The position numbers were made by a program, and so were the translations under genes. Of a stretch of 55,182 nt of DNA, positions 1 through 12,570 are shown one piece after another. Source of the stretch: Tricharina praecox (lineage: Eukaryota); assembly GCF_024521635.1 (NCBI RefSeq), contig NW_026250420.1, positions 744,001 to 799,182 of the forward strand, given 5' to 3'. Under the pieces are notes generated by a model. That model ran no database searches. It worked only from the letters and a program-made list of their open reading frames with translations, and was not told the DNA's origin. How positions within the stretch are numbered: the first letter of the stretch is position 1; each line of letters opens with the position of its first letter.

Positions 1-675
1 GATCGATGGCGGCGCGACCAGATGCCATCCATTCTTCATGGCGAGCGACAGCGAGTAATTGACGAGCGCCTGCTCGAGCAGCACCGCCTCGTTGAGCAGA
101 TAATACCAGCCCCAGCCACTGACGGCGCCCGCATCCGCAAAGTCCAACAACTTGAGCTCCGCACCGATCTGGATGTGTCCCTTGACGACCTTGTCCGCAT
201 CCTCCTTCGGCGCGCACGCTTCGTTGATATACCCCAGCATCCTCGGCTCGGAGCCGACGGGCGCCTCGGAATGCGTGGTATTCGGCAGCGCAATCGCGAG
301 CTCCTTCATCTCCTTCTCCAAGCACCTCTCGCGCTCCTCGACGCCGGAGATCTTCCCGCGCAGCGCCTGCGCCTCGCAGATCAGCGCCTCCTTCTCCTCC
401 TTGACCGCCCTGCGCAGGTCCGCCGAGATGGCATTGAGGCGTTCGCGCTCGCCGCGCAGGGCGCGCTGCAGGCCGGCCCACTCGTCGTACAGCCCGACGA
501 TCCGCGTCGGGTACGCGGACACCGCGGCGTAATTCCGGTCCACACAGTTCTGGGCGTGGTACTCGGGCGCCGCGCGGATCTGCTTGAGGTTTATGACGGG
601 CTTAGGAGCGGTCGGCGGCGGCTGCGTCGCGGTCGTGTACAATCGCCGCAGCGACGGTATCCGGCGGGGAAGCAT
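1..675 (-). CDS. DIA4: Seryl-tRNA synthetase, mitochondrial type (5' part; runs off the window)
   Basis: Not in the ORF track because it has no stop in the window. Hand translation from ATG 675: MLPRRIPSLRRLYTT (Arg-rich presequence) ...APKPVINLKQIR...NCVDRNY...coiled coil...LPNTTHSEAPVGSEP...HIQIGAELKLLDFADAARVSGWGWYYLLNEAVLLEQALVNYSL...GWHLVAPPSI, matching the SerRS N-terminal arm and motif 1. Confidence 0.9.
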   Translation of the reverse strand, partial: MLPRRIPSLRRLYTTATQPPPTAPKPVINLKQIRAAPEYHAQNCVDRNYAAVSAYPTRIVGLYDEWAGLQRALRGERERLNAISADLRRAVKEEKEALICEAQALRGKISGVEERERCLEKEMKELAIALPNTTHSEAPVGSEPRMLGYINEACAPKEDADKVVKGHIQIGAELKLLDFADAGAVSGWGWYYLLNEAVLLEQALVNYSLSLAMKNGWHLVAPPSI

Positions 676-793
676 TGTGTCTGTGTAATTCGTGGTGCGG
701 AGGAAGCGTAACGGATGGCGGAGTGCTCCCGGGAATACCGATGATGTCAATGGTTCCGATGGATGGTGGGATGGGGCGGCTGGGCAGTCATTG

Positions 794-800
794 TGAGTCA
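794..800. promoter_or_regulatory. Putative Gcn4/CpcA (AP-1-like) site TGAGTCA
   Basis: Exact TGASTCA heptamer ~120 bp upstream of the SerRS ATG; a 7-mer can occur by chance. Confidence 0.3.
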
Positions 801-2182
801 CTCGCCGCCGGAACATTTCGGTCGGTCGGGAAATGCATCATGCAGCTCGCGGAAAGGTGCAGTTCCCACATTCTATGCGCTCTCGTCTGGGATACATTCA
901 ACGGCTGCAGGGCTCGAGTATATCCACCATGCGATATCATCCAATAACGTTGAAGAATACGGATGGATGCGGTCATAATCGTTGCTTAAATACTCACTAC
1001 TGCTTCCTGCCATTCACAACCCTCCCGCAATCCTGCAATCCCGTAGCCCACAGCCGAGCATCGTCTGTGCTGGCTCACACGTACTATGCTGAATGATATC
1101 GGACGACTCGCAACCGCCGATACCTAGATGAAAATTGTTGTCAGTCCCAGAACAGCAAGTAACCACTACATTCGGAACGCTGGGAGTCTTCACATCGGAA
1201 AGCGTCCGGAGGCACTGCACACTGTATCACTCGCTTCAGCATCAGATCCCTCATGTTTTTCCATCACTCGCACCTCACTGCTTAGTGTACCTATTCGGCC
1301 AGCCCTGGCTTCGGCATAAATTAGTACAGCAGGAAAGACAGGTGCGTTCGCGACATCAGCTTGGAACCAGTAAACTCGGAAAGAAAATCCAGTCCGAGTG
1401 CCGATTGACAGTGCGAGTACGAGTATGTACGGCCAGCAATCACCCTACTCTAATACTTAGTAGAGTAGAGTCTGCATCACTTTCTCTACCCTTCAATCTC
1501 CAGCCACCAATACCGATACACACGGGACGAGCTTGGATTCTAGCCTGCGGTATGTAGGTAGTAGGTACATGCCAAACGTTCGGGAAGCACCAATGACACC
1601 TAAGGTAACGCTTCAATCCACCGTCTATTCGCACTCGCTCACTCGTGGGCTCCACACCCTCTCAGCCAAACAACCAACCGAATACCGGTATAGGAGGGGA
1701 AAATCGACAACCCTCAATCCACACAACAGCAGAATTGCCTATCTATTCTGCCAGCCATCTGCCATCCACCCGAGGCCAGCTACCAGCCATCTACCAGCCA
1801 GTACCCGAGACACCCCCTTGACCCCTTGCGGAGCCTTGTGGGAAACCGGGGACTCAACGTGGAAACCTTGAAACCTGGAACCGAACCGAATCGAATCTGC
1901 TTTTCTTTTCCCTTCCCTTCCCTTCCCTTCCCAGACCAGATTGGATCAGATCAGATCAGGATTACGCACGTTGCAAAGCAGTCAAAACAGTCAAAACAGT
2001 CAGCACCCGCTGCGTTATGTACTTACCAGTACAGTCCCGACAGTCATGTGAAATCAGCATCCAGTTACGGTACCGGTACCGTCCCGTGCCGAGGAGCCCA
2101 CTGCACCTGCCGATACCGATGCCGCATCGGATCGGATCATTATCCAAGCCCCAAGCTCCAAGCTCCAAGCTCCAAGCCCCAT

Positions 2183-2218
2183 TTATGCATAGAAAGTTAT
2201 GCATAGAAAGTTATGCAT
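2183..2218. repeat. 14-bp tandem repeat (TTATGCATAGAAAG)x2.5
   Basis: Read directly from the sequence. Confidence 0.85.
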
Positions 2219-4013
2219 TCACCCTCCAATTGCTTGCGGCCCATCTAGCTCATGGCAATATCCACACTCCGTTTCCGTTTCCATGCCCACCGTCTCTCCA
2301 GCTAGAACCGCTATTACCGCAAGTCTAGTAATACCTACCTACGCTGTTGAAACTGAGAGAAGAACTTGACTCCTGTCTTTCTCGAGAAAGACGAGAAAGA
2401 AGCCTGCCTATAAAGGAAACGAGCTCGTGTACTGCCTACGTAGGTAAACAAAGAGATGAAGCCAGGCCTCCGACAGAGAACGTGACGATATCTAGTCGTC
2501 ACTGGACTCGCGACATTATGAAGTGGCAGCTGGAGGCTGGGGGCTTAAGCCTTAAAAAGGCTTGTTCTGGTGAGAAGCCAGGGACAAGTCGCAAGGCTGA
2601 GAAGCCACAAAGGCCGCGTACGCGACGATGCGACGATGCAGGAAGACATAGGACAAAGGATAGAGAAAAGTACCAGACTATCAGTGGCACCGGAATAGGC
2701 AATGAGACGCATGATATCAACAGATTCTGCAAAGGCGAGAACGGGTGAGATTGTGTGATGGCCGTCGTCTCTACTACTTTGTACCAAGTATTCTAGGCAG
2801 TACATACACAAAAGTAGATAGACAGTGAACACTGAAAACCAGCCACGCCGCTCCTACCGTACATCTCCAGACTCTGAAGCCTGGAGTGCCCAATCGACGG
2901 TGGCTTGCACACTTTCCACAGCCGCTGTCATTCTCACACATCTACTCTACCGTATGTACCGTCACTCTTCCCCTTCCATCTTTCTCCTCCCGAGTCCCGA
3001 GTCCCGTCAACCCCCCTCAGCCCCCCAACACCCGTCGACCTCCTTACTCGAAGCCCACGGGGCTTCGGGGCCACGCGGCCACGCCACCTCCTACATAGGT
3101 GTAGTTGTTTCACAGTTTCACCTCCGAACACCACCACCACCATCGCGACCACCACAACTTCACAAGTAACAGGATTCCTCGTGTAGCCTATATGAACGCC
3201 CATATGAACGTCCAGGATGGCGTCACATGCACATTGCGCCCCCCCCCCCCCCCTCCCCCCCACGCCGTTCGGGAGTTTATCCACACTGCACAACACGCAG
3301 TGATCGGCGCTCATTGCCGGCCGATAGCCTACAGGACAGCCGACAGGGCAGCCGACAGGACAGCACAGGCGTAGGTGCACAGGTGCACAGGAAGCGTATG
3401 TAGGTACCGTACAAGGTAGTACTCGTAGTTAAACACCCATGCGTGTCTGGAACTCTGCCCTAGAACAACCGTAGAGTACCCCAGGGTAGAGTGGAGGAGA
3501 AACGATCATCCTGCCGATCGTGGCCTTAGTACCTCACCCCATGTTACCGAGTACTCGCACTCGTGGAGAACCGCACCCAAAAGGAAGCCGAACGGCGCAA
3601 TCTCGACTCGCGATGTAGCATGACGGGACGGTAGACCGTGGCACATGCGAACGGGTGTTCGCAGCAGCATCGGAGGTATCCTATGTATGCATAATCTCCC
3701 ACGATAGGGTAGGGGAGTACCCCCGCAATCGCAAGAAACGTTTTCCGTTTCGACTTCCTCCGCCCCCAGCCAGCACGGGGCGGCTCACCGCCAGCCAACC
3801 AACCAGCCAGTGCAACCGACCACGGCACCACAGCGTGCGTGTGGGCGGGCAACTGCCGGAATGCTTAGCCGGGTGCTACATATGAGAGCTACATATGAGC
3901 TATGTATGAGAGCAAAGGGGTGGCGTGGCGTGGCGGGTCGCGGCAGGGGAGCGGATGGGAGGGGAGGGGCGGATTGGGAAGTGGAAATAGACATTGGAAG
4001 GGAAGTGGAAGCC

Positions 4014-4233
4014 TCAAGGAGAAGTGGGAGGAGAAGTGGAAGGAGAAGTGAATGGAGAAGTGGAAGGAGAAGTGAATGGAGAAGTGGAAGGAGAAGTGAA
4101 TGGAGAAGTGGAAGGAGAAGTGAATGGAGAAGTGGAAGGAGAAGTGAATGGAGAAGTGGAAGGAGAAGTGGAAGGAGAAGTGAATCGAGAAGTGAATCGA
4201 GAAGTGAATCGAGAAGTGAATCGAGAAGTGAAT
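4014..4233. repeat. Purine-rich 12-bp minisatellite (GAAGGAGAAGTG / AATGGAGAAGTG / AATCGAGAAGTG)
   Basis: About 18 tandem units; explains the repetitive ORFs 3810..4265, 3889..4257 and 3994..4347. Confidence 0.9.
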
Positions 4234-4434
4234 GTGTTGTGGAAGCGTGCGCGTCATGTAGGTAGCAGGAATTGCTGTGGCACGGGTGGAGAGGAGTGGA
4301 GTGAAAAGCCCGCTGACGGTGCCACAGTGGGATGTCTCAACGTTTGAATCTCACGACGTAACAACTTAGATACCCACATAGAAGCAAGCCACAATCGACA
4401 CTCAAGACTCAACAGTCATCACTGATCAGCCAAT

Positions 4435-4500
4435 AGCCAACAGCCAACAGCCAACAGCCAACAGCCAACAGCCAACAGCCAACAGCCAACAGTCAACAGC
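4435..4500. repeat. (CAGCCAA)n heptanucleotide repeat
   Basis: About 9 tandem units. Confidence 0.9.
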
Positions 4501-5161
4501 ACATAGAGTACTCAATCATGGTAACTTTAGCCCACGCCCGCGTCATCTGCAAAGTTCAATGATTCTGCATCCACATCCGTACCTGACCGCTTCCGAACAA
4601 AACAATGCACCCTCCACCAAACGGAGCGCCACCCTCACCTCACCCGCAGGACCGCAGGCCCGCAGGCCCGCCACGAGATGAGACAGCCCCACGACAAGAC
4701 AAGACAGAGAACGACAATTTGTCGTCGATGTCGATGTCTCATAAGGCCTTATCGGTCTATTGGACCAGGTAACGAAGCCAGTGGGGTCCGGATTCCGCAT
4801 GCGACCCTTTCTCACTGCACTGCAGGAACGAGCGAGCGAGTGAGGGGACAAGTTCCAGCCCGCAGTTGCTCCATCTGTCTACTAGTAGTAGTAGATACTA
4901 CATATAGACTTCGAGACTTCACTCCACTGGCCAGTCTGCAGTTTGTTTGCTTTTTCTCTTTTTCTCCTCACTTTTCTTCTCTGCATCTCCATCTCCACCT
5001 CCAATTCGCCCAATCCATCCCCCATATGCAAACTGGTATGTATGATATGTACCTACATCCGCCATCTTCCGGATGCGACCTTTCAGTGCTCACACGGCAT
5101 GTCTGCCTGCAGCCACAAAGAATCTCGTCACATTCAACGCAACACAGCACAACAGATGCAG

Positions 5162-5224
5162 CCACCACCACCACCACCACCACCACCACCACCACCACCA
5201 CCACCACCACCACCACCACCACCA
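5162..5224. repeat. (CCA)21 microsatellite
   Basis: Perfect trinucleotide run; source of spurious poly-H/T/P/V/W ORFs. Confidence 0.95.
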
Positions 5225-5455
5225 TCTTAGACGAGGACCACAGACAGAGGAGGAGCAAGAGGAGCGTTTTGCTTTTTGTTTCATTCTTCCCATTCGTTCA
5301 CCCCCATTCCCCCCACCCGCACCACATCTTCCACTCCAACCCATGCCAGACAAAACCCCATCTCATCCGACAGGAGAGGAGAGAAAGAGCAAAGAAAAAA
5401 TATTCGTATCATATGTTGGTATGCATATCATGCTACAATTTTTTTTATCTCCAAA

Positions 5456-5491
5456 CCGTCCGTCCGTCCGTCCGTCCGTCCGTCCGTCCGT
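5456..5491. repeat. (CCGT)n microsatellite
   Basis: About 9 tandem units. Confidence 0.9.
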
Positions 5492-5660
5492 CGTAACCTC
5501 ATCAAAGGAATGTGCTTTTCGCCGGACTCCTCCGTGGCTCCTCCAGTACATCCCGTACAACCCGTACATACACCCGCGCGGTACATACATGCAGTACATA
5601 CATTACATCATTAACATTACATAATTAAACTAAATAAACCCGCTACCAATGACTCGTTGC

Positions 5661-6551
5661 TTACAACAACGCGGCGACACCAGCCATAAGGACCATTCCG
5701 AACAGCGCAGTGACACCGACCTTAGTAGCAGCGCCCTCCTCGGCAGGGGGAGCAGTGGCCGAAGGAGCGGCAGAGCTCGAGCTGCTGCTGCTGGAAGAAG
5801 AGCTCGAGCTCTTGCTGGTGCTGCTGGGGGCGCTGGTGCCGGAGCCGACGGGCTCGCTAGTCGCCGTAGTCGCGGTGTCGTTGCCGATGGGGTAAGGCGC
5901 CACGATGGTAGGCGTGTGAGGGGGCGCGGGAGGCGCGGTGTAGGTCGCGTTGGTCGGGGGGGCGTAGGTGGGCACGGCGGGCGTCTCCGCTGGGTAGGTG
6001 GGCGCAACGGGGGTCTCCGCTGGGTAGGTGGGGACGACGGGAGTGTCCACGGGGTAAGTGGGCGCAACGGGGGTCTCCACGGGTGTGTCCACGGGGTAAG
6101 TGGGCGCAACGGGGGTCTCCACGGGTGTGTCCACGGGGTAAGTGGGCGCAACGGGGGTCTCCACGGGTGTGTCCACGGGGTAAGTGGGCGCAACGGGGGT
6201 CTCCGCAGGGTAGGTGGGGACAACGGGGGGCTCGGTGGGCGCAACAGGAGTCTCCGCGGGGTAGGTGGGCACAACGGGAGCGTCCGCGGGGTAGGTGGGC
6301 GCAACGGGAGTGTCCACGGGGTAGGTTGTGGGCTCGGCGGGCTCCTCGACAGAGTATGTTGTGGGCTCGACGGGCGCCTCGGGCTCCTCGGCAGGGTAGG
6401 TGGGGACGGGGACCACGGCGGTGGTGGTGGTTCCGTAGCAGGCGCCGCAGGGGACGGTCACGATCTCGGTCGAGGTGACGGTCTCGCCATACTTCGTGGG
6501 GGAAGCGAGGACGAGGGGGATGGAGAAGAGGAGGACGGAGGTGAAACGCAT
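5661..6551 (-). CDS. GPI-anchored Pro/Thr/Tyr-rich repetitive cell-wall protein (296 aa)
   Basis: ATG 6551 (AAAATG context) gives signal peptide MRFTSVLLFSIPLVLA. It is followed by tandem PVAPTYPVDTPVET repeats, a Ser-rich stalk, an omega-like G-A-A and the hydrophobic tail VGVTALFGMVLMAGVAALL. Confidence 0.88.
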   Translation of the reverse strand: MRFTSVLLFSIPLVLASPTKYGETVTSTEIVTVPCGACYGTTTTAVVPVPTYPAEEPEAPVEPTTYSVEEPAEPTTYPVDTPVAPTYPADAPVVPTYPAETPVAPTEPPVVPTYPAETPVAPTYPVDTPVETPVAPTYPVDTPVETPVAPTYPVDTPVETPVAPTYPVDTPVVPTYPAETPVAPTYPAETPAVPTYAPPTNATYTAPPAPPHTPTIVAPYPIGNDTATTATSEPVGSGTSAPSSTSKSSSSSSSSSSSSSAAPSATAPPAEEGAATKVGVTALFGMVLMAGVAALL

Positions 6552-9500
6552 TTTGATGTTTTGTTTTGGGGAGGTTTCTTTGGTGAAGAGCGAGTGATGT
6601 GCAAACAAAAGCGAGAGTGTCTGGACTTGACTTGAGCGACTGTGATGGAAAGCGGAAAGACTGATGCTGATGATGGAGGAGGGAGGGAGGGTGTACGGAG
6701 TGGGCGGAAGCGTCAATTTGTAGTCTCTCGGAAGCCAGCTGAGGTTGCGCAGAGCACCTGCTAGCAGGTAGTAGCAGGTAGTAGTAGGTACAGCAGTGGA
6801 GACAGGCGAATTGTTGGCCATCAACTCATCCATCCACGTCCATCCCTCCATTCATCCACCCATCCACCACCCATCCACCACCCATCCACCACCCATCCAC
6901 CAACCCTCCACCAACCCTCCACCCATCCCGGCTGGACGCACACCGCACGCACGCAAACATGCACGGGCTGGGATCCGCCACATTCTCCCATTCTGCTCTG
7001 CCTGCAGTGCTAATCGTGCATGCCTAACCCCTCCAAGGCATCGGCTTTTCGCTCATTTTTTTCTCTTTCCCTCGTTCTCAGGTGTGCATCCCACCGCGAC
7101 GAAGGGGGGCTGGGGATTTCGTCTCCGATCGGGCTGGCCATGCAGCTAATGGGAATGCTCTAGAGCAGAGTAGAGCTCAGAGCGAAGTCGCTGCTGTGCT
7201 GTGCTGTGTTGTGCTGTGCTGCGGTGCTGTGTGTGTGCGTGTGCCACGTCGAACACCGCGGCAACTGTTTTGGGGAGGTTGGGCCGGGCCCGTTCAGGAC
7301 GCGAAGTGGTGATGGTGCTGGTGATAGTTGATGATAGCGGTGGTGCTGGTGCGGTGGTTGGCTGAGCTCTACATAGAGTTACCCAGATACTGCTAGTTCC
7401 TGGTGCTAAGCAGCTAGCAGTTAGCCAGTCATACTGGCTCCCGTTCGCCACCAGCCCCAACCACCGCGCCCGCAGGTCCGCAGGCCCGCACGTCTCGCGC
7501 AAACGACATCGCTGTCTCGCGGATTCCGTTCTCGCGGAACTCCCGTCGCTTACATAGAGTATCCACATATCCACAGAGAAACTTTGCGGCCGCCGGCTTC
7601 GAGGCAACGCAAATAAGAATCTGACTTCGCCAAGGTTTGGTGCGGGTGACTGGCGAAGGAAACTTGCAACTGGAAAGTCCGCAAGTGGACCACCGCGCGA
7701 TTTAAAGTAAAGTGTATGTTATGTACGCAGGCTTGCGCGTCTTGCGGCACGCAGCCACGCCCACAAAGTTTGAACTCCGAGAGCAGTTCCGGGACCTGCA
7801 TTCGGTCCTTCGATCGGCGGGGGCTGTGGAATGACGTACGTACTCTGCTCACACATGGCTGGGTCGCTGGGTGTTGCCGCAAAGTGAAGAAATCGGGGTA
7901 CCTGGACCCCAGAGTTCCTACTATGATAGTAGTCTTGATACCGATTGGTATCTACGAATACCGTATCTGCTTTCCCATGGACCTTTCTGTCGAAGAGAGT
8001 CAATCGGTAAGTATAGAGTCGAACTCGTGGAAGAAGTTCTAACTTCTGGCATGTTACTCCATGATACCGTAGTCTAGAGTGCCGCAGGTGCTATATCTGC
8101 CTACCGACATGTCCGCGGCCGCACATATACCTAGACCAAGCACCCACTTACCGACACATCACGGCAGGAAACAATCTCCTCTGGCATCGACGCGACGGAC
8201 GGCTAGCGTAGCTGCCCGCTTCAGCTGTCGGCACGTAAGTAAGTACGTGCATGCAGGTTTCGGGCGGGGAAACGGGCCGATGATCGATGATCGCTGTCGC
8301 TGTCGAGATGTCGTGACTCGTCCGACGCCTGCGAGGTTGCCTGAATGCTTGTTTGTGTTTGTGGTTGTCTTGGCCTAGGTATCCTGGTTGTGCTTGGTGG
8401 TGCTTGAATGGTGCCTGAGTCGTGTGCTTGAGTCGTGTGCTTCATCACAGATTCACCACCGAGCACGCGCTTCGGTCTGAAAACCAAAACCAAAAACCAA
8501 AACACCAAATACTAATAGTAGACATGATTTCCCACCGTGATCTCGGTCTCGGTCTCGGTATTCCGTCCCCGCTACTATCACCTCCGCTCGGCATTTTCGT
8601 TCGGCTCAGCAGTCGACCGCAATTACCTACTCTGCATACGGTACCATCCCGGGAGCTCACTCTTGCTCGCCCGCAACGATCCCATGCGGCGGCGAGAGTG
8701 TTGACAGCATTTATGGGGCGACGACGGCATGGCGACGGCACGGTATGAAGTGTGCGTGACTGTTGACATGTGCGGCATGTGTCGGATCTTGGCTCTACGT
8801 TGACTCTACGTTAAATGGCGACGCGGGCGAGGATTGGGATACCGGTAGAGTAGTTGAGCGGCTCGGAGTCGGACGGCAGTTGGGGGGGAGGGGGGCGGGG
8901 GGCGAGGGGCGGGGGTTGGTGGTGGATCCCGTGGAACACGGAACGCTGAACACGGCTGGGGCTCGGTTACATATGAGTGCTACAGGCTTTGTCGTCCTTG
9001 GGTGTAGCTTCCGCGGGATCAAAGTCCTTCGTGCGGCACTGCTATTCTTCCATACCCCCCCCATTCCTCCGCGACTCAGGACAGCGATCCACGGCATTTC
9101 CTCGGAGATGGAGGAGACAATGTTGAACGGAGCGTATATATGAGCTACAGCCCCCTCCCCTCCAGACTGAACGGAATCGACGGCATTGATACTCTAAAGC
9201 CATGTCGATACTGCTCGGACCGATATTTACAGGATAGTTATGATCAATGATCACGACTGGGTCCTCGGACTCTCAGGGGCCAGGGCCGAACATTATCACA
9301 ACCCCTTGAGACCCTCCACCGGGAAAACCCCTTTCCCATCCCAAGGACGAACCGGAGGAGGACAAGGACAAGGAAAACTACAGGGAGGCGGAAGAGGAGG
9401 TTGTGAAGGGCCGTGTAGGGCTGTCGAGGCGGTGATACGTCATATCAATGATCATTCATATCAGCGTGTTTTGTTGGCTTGCTCTACTAGCAATGGATGT

Positions 9501-10860
9501 TTGATACCCAACTTGTTTGAGTTGAGGTCTCAATACCACGGGAACTTGGAAGATTTCTGCTGCGGAGTCATGGTTATCACGCGTTATGTTGGTGGATCGT
9601 TACAAAAAAATCCGAATCTTGTATAGCCGTCTGAAGCTATGCCTACTAACGAGTATTTACTACCACTAACTATCCACCTCTTTGTATATAGCTTGCTTTT
9701 CCTGCTACCCACGCAAGAAGTATACATTCGCATGTCTGCATCCAGGATTCCAGGGCACCGGCGCCACTATCGGAGCATTGAACAGCCGTTATCTACCATT
9801 TGGTTGCGGCGTTGACAATAGTATGGAACAAAAAAGGAAGAACTTGAAGAACTTGAGGATGCTAGAAGGCGGTTTTAACGGTACATACTTCATAGCTCCA
9901 AGCTCGAGAGCGATTAAGTATCCGCCTACAGGCACATTTGAGCAGGGCACTAACAGGTAAGTACGCTCGAGTTCCGTACGATGCGGATGAGATATCGTTC
10001 CTTCGGATTACCGGTAGGTATGTAGTTCTCCATGGAGGGTCACTCGGCATTTTCTGTCGCGTGCCGGTAGTATTAATAGTACATACTTCCAACCGGCTCG
10101 CCAAGTAGGATTGCTGGCTGGTAATGCTGCATGTGAAAGAAATCGATGTTCCATCTCTCTCTCACGGGATTGCTGGCTGGGTCACTATTTTGAGCAAAGC
10201 CTGTAGTCGCCGCCTGCACACAACCGCGCTGGCACTTCGATAAGCGCGCGTGGAGGGAGGCTCAATGAGCTCGAGCCACCTCCCTCGCCACTCGTCCCAT
10301 TTCCATCGCTCGCTGCAGGGCGGGCGGGCAGACCGAAGTCCAAACTGCCAGAAGGCGCGCTCCGCCATGCATTCCCCGGCACCAGCCGCGAGCGCAGAAC
10401 TTCGCGATCGCCAGCACTAGCGGGCGCCTCCGCGATATCCATCTCGACACACGTACCAAGAGATATATAGTGGCGGTGGGCCGGTGGCTACCGACCGTTA
10501 CACACACGCCCCGCCCCGGGAGAGGAGATTGTCCCCCCAACAGGCAGGTTCCACCGATACCAAGAAATAAAGTTATCGACGTTTATCCTCTTGGAGGTAC
10601 TTGTTGGAGATGCTCGGCGTGCGGACTGGGATGCGATATCGTGATGGTGTTCACGTCCTACCTCATACATACCGTGAGTGGCTGTCCGGTGCAGGTGGGA
10701 CACTCGAGTCTCGGGGTCAGCTGTGGGCCTGTGGCGGCCACCGCCGGCGATGTGGATATGTGCATTGTGCATAGGTGCATATTTTATGTACATAAATACC
10801 ACGGTATACGAACAAAGAAGATGCGAACAGCAAAGCAATCGAAACCTCTGCCTGGCAACG

Positions 10861-12570
10861 ATGAAACTGCTGCCTCTCCTCCCGTTTCTCGCCTTCTCTG
10901 CTGTCGTCGAAGCGCGGGAGCGGCCCGTCGACCCAGTCGACCACCGTCGCTATGCCTCCGGCGAAGTGATGGACAGCATCATGAAGGTCAAGACGGCGAC
11001 GTGGGACCACTACAGAGCGCTGGGATACTTCGATCCCGGACGCCACTCGTCGACAAACACGTTTAGGCGGTGTAATAACGGCCATGTCACGATGAACGAT
11101 AATGGGATCATGACGAAATATGCTTGCAAGAATCTCGACCTTACCGGACATCTCACGCACGATGATCTGGGCTCTGTCGATGCTACCGAAAGGATCGGTG
11201 GGTGGGGCGTTGTCCGGTTATAAACGAGGACCCAAGAAGCTGATGGTAGCAACGTGATTATAGGAAGCTCCATCTGGGGTTATACCCTTGAAGGCCGCGA
11301 GTTTGTGGCCATCGGACAAACCGACGGCGCGGCGTTCGCGGAAGTCGTTGGCAAGGGCTGGTGGAACCGTGTTCCGTTCTATGGCAAGAAGGAGGGATCA
11401 CTCGATTACATCGGACGGCTTCCACAGACTCCGGGTGCGCTGCCTTCCATTTGGAGGGAGATCAAGGGGTACAAGCACTACGCCATCATTGGCTCCGAAG
11501 CGGTGGCCCACGGAATCCAGATCTTTGACTTCCACAAGGTATGTACATCTGATACTCATGGCCGTCCAGCTTCAGCGTATCCCTGAACGTGCTCTAACCG
11601 GACTCCCGCCCAGCTCCTCGAAGTCCGCTCCAACTTGAACCGCCTCTCCACGGCTACCAGAGTCTTCAGTCCCACCAGCGACATCTCCCACTTCGCCGAC
11701 CTCCCCGTCGGGCGCTCGCACAACGTCGTCAATGCCGAAGCCTCCGAGCACATCATCGCCGTTGGCGCGGCGCCTCGCACCGACACGTGCGCCTCCGGTC
11801 TGATCTTCATCGACATGTCTGACCCGGCGCGGCCCAAACGCACCGGTTGCGCCTCGGGAGATGGCTACGTACACGACGCGCAGTGTCTGATCTACAAAGG
11901 CCCTGACCACAAATACGACGGCACCGAGATCTGCTACGGCTACAACGAGGACTCCCTGACCATCTACAACATCACCGACAAAACCACCACAAAGATCATC
12001 TCCAGGACCTCGTACGAGGGCGCGAGTTACACGCACCAGGGTTGGGTCCTCGACACCGAGAACCAGGAGTTCCTCCTCCTCGACGACGAGCTGGACGAGC
12101 GTGACGGCGCAATCGAGTCCGGCCGTGCCACCACGTTCGTCTGGAACATCACCTCCCTTGAGGCTCCCATCCTCACGGGCAGCTTTACGAGCGATGTCCC
12201 CTCCATCGACCACAATCAATACATCAAGAACATGTTCTCCTACCAATCCAACTACGGTGCCGGCCTGCGTGTGCTGGATGTGTCCTCCGTCCCATCCGAT
12301 CCGACCGGAAAGGGGATCAAAGAGGCTGCGTTTTTTGATGGTGAGTTCCTCCCGCTCCGCTGATATCGGAATGGAATGTATGTACTCACATACTGATAAT
12401 GAAAAGTCTTCCCCGACGACGACGATGCCCCAGAACCCGTGTTTATCGGCTCGTGGGCCAATTACCCTTTCTTTAGGAGTGGACATATCGTCGTTAATAC
12501 GTATGACCGTGGCGCGTTTGTGGTCAAGAGAAGTAAAACGGTTAGCAGAGGCGTACGAGCAGAGTTTTAG
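10861..12570 (+). CDS. Secreted choice-of-anchor B family (beta-propeller-like) protein, 4 exons
   Basis: Exons ~10861-11197, 11264-11538, 11614-12340 and 12407-12570 with GT-AG introns keep the frame. Signal peptide MKLLPLLPFLAFSAVVEA. Family motifs: GSSIWG, IWREIK, GRSHNV, GYVHDAQC, YTHQGW, SIDHNQY, QSNYGAGLRVLD, GSWANYPFFRSG. Confidence 0.85.

Noticed and set aside
22..711. 229-aa plus-strand ORF
   Set aside because: Antisense shadow of the GC-rich SerRS gene on the minus strand.
4014..4233. Possible CRISPR-like array
   Set aside because: Contiguous 12-bp units without unique spacers; eukaryotic context and no cas genes.
3810..5624. ORFs with SEWRSGRR, EGEVNG, poly-His/Thr/Pro/Trp tracts
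   Set aside because: Products of mini- and microsatellites that are open in several frames; no domain or splice support.
5630..6635. Overlapping ORFs 5649..6635 (+) and 5630..6304 (-)
   Set aside because: Shadow frames of the repetitive GPI-protein gene.
9293..9437. TATCAC...GTGATA-bounded segment resembling a decayed LTR or MITE
   Set aside because: Inverted similarity is weak and no TSD is visible.
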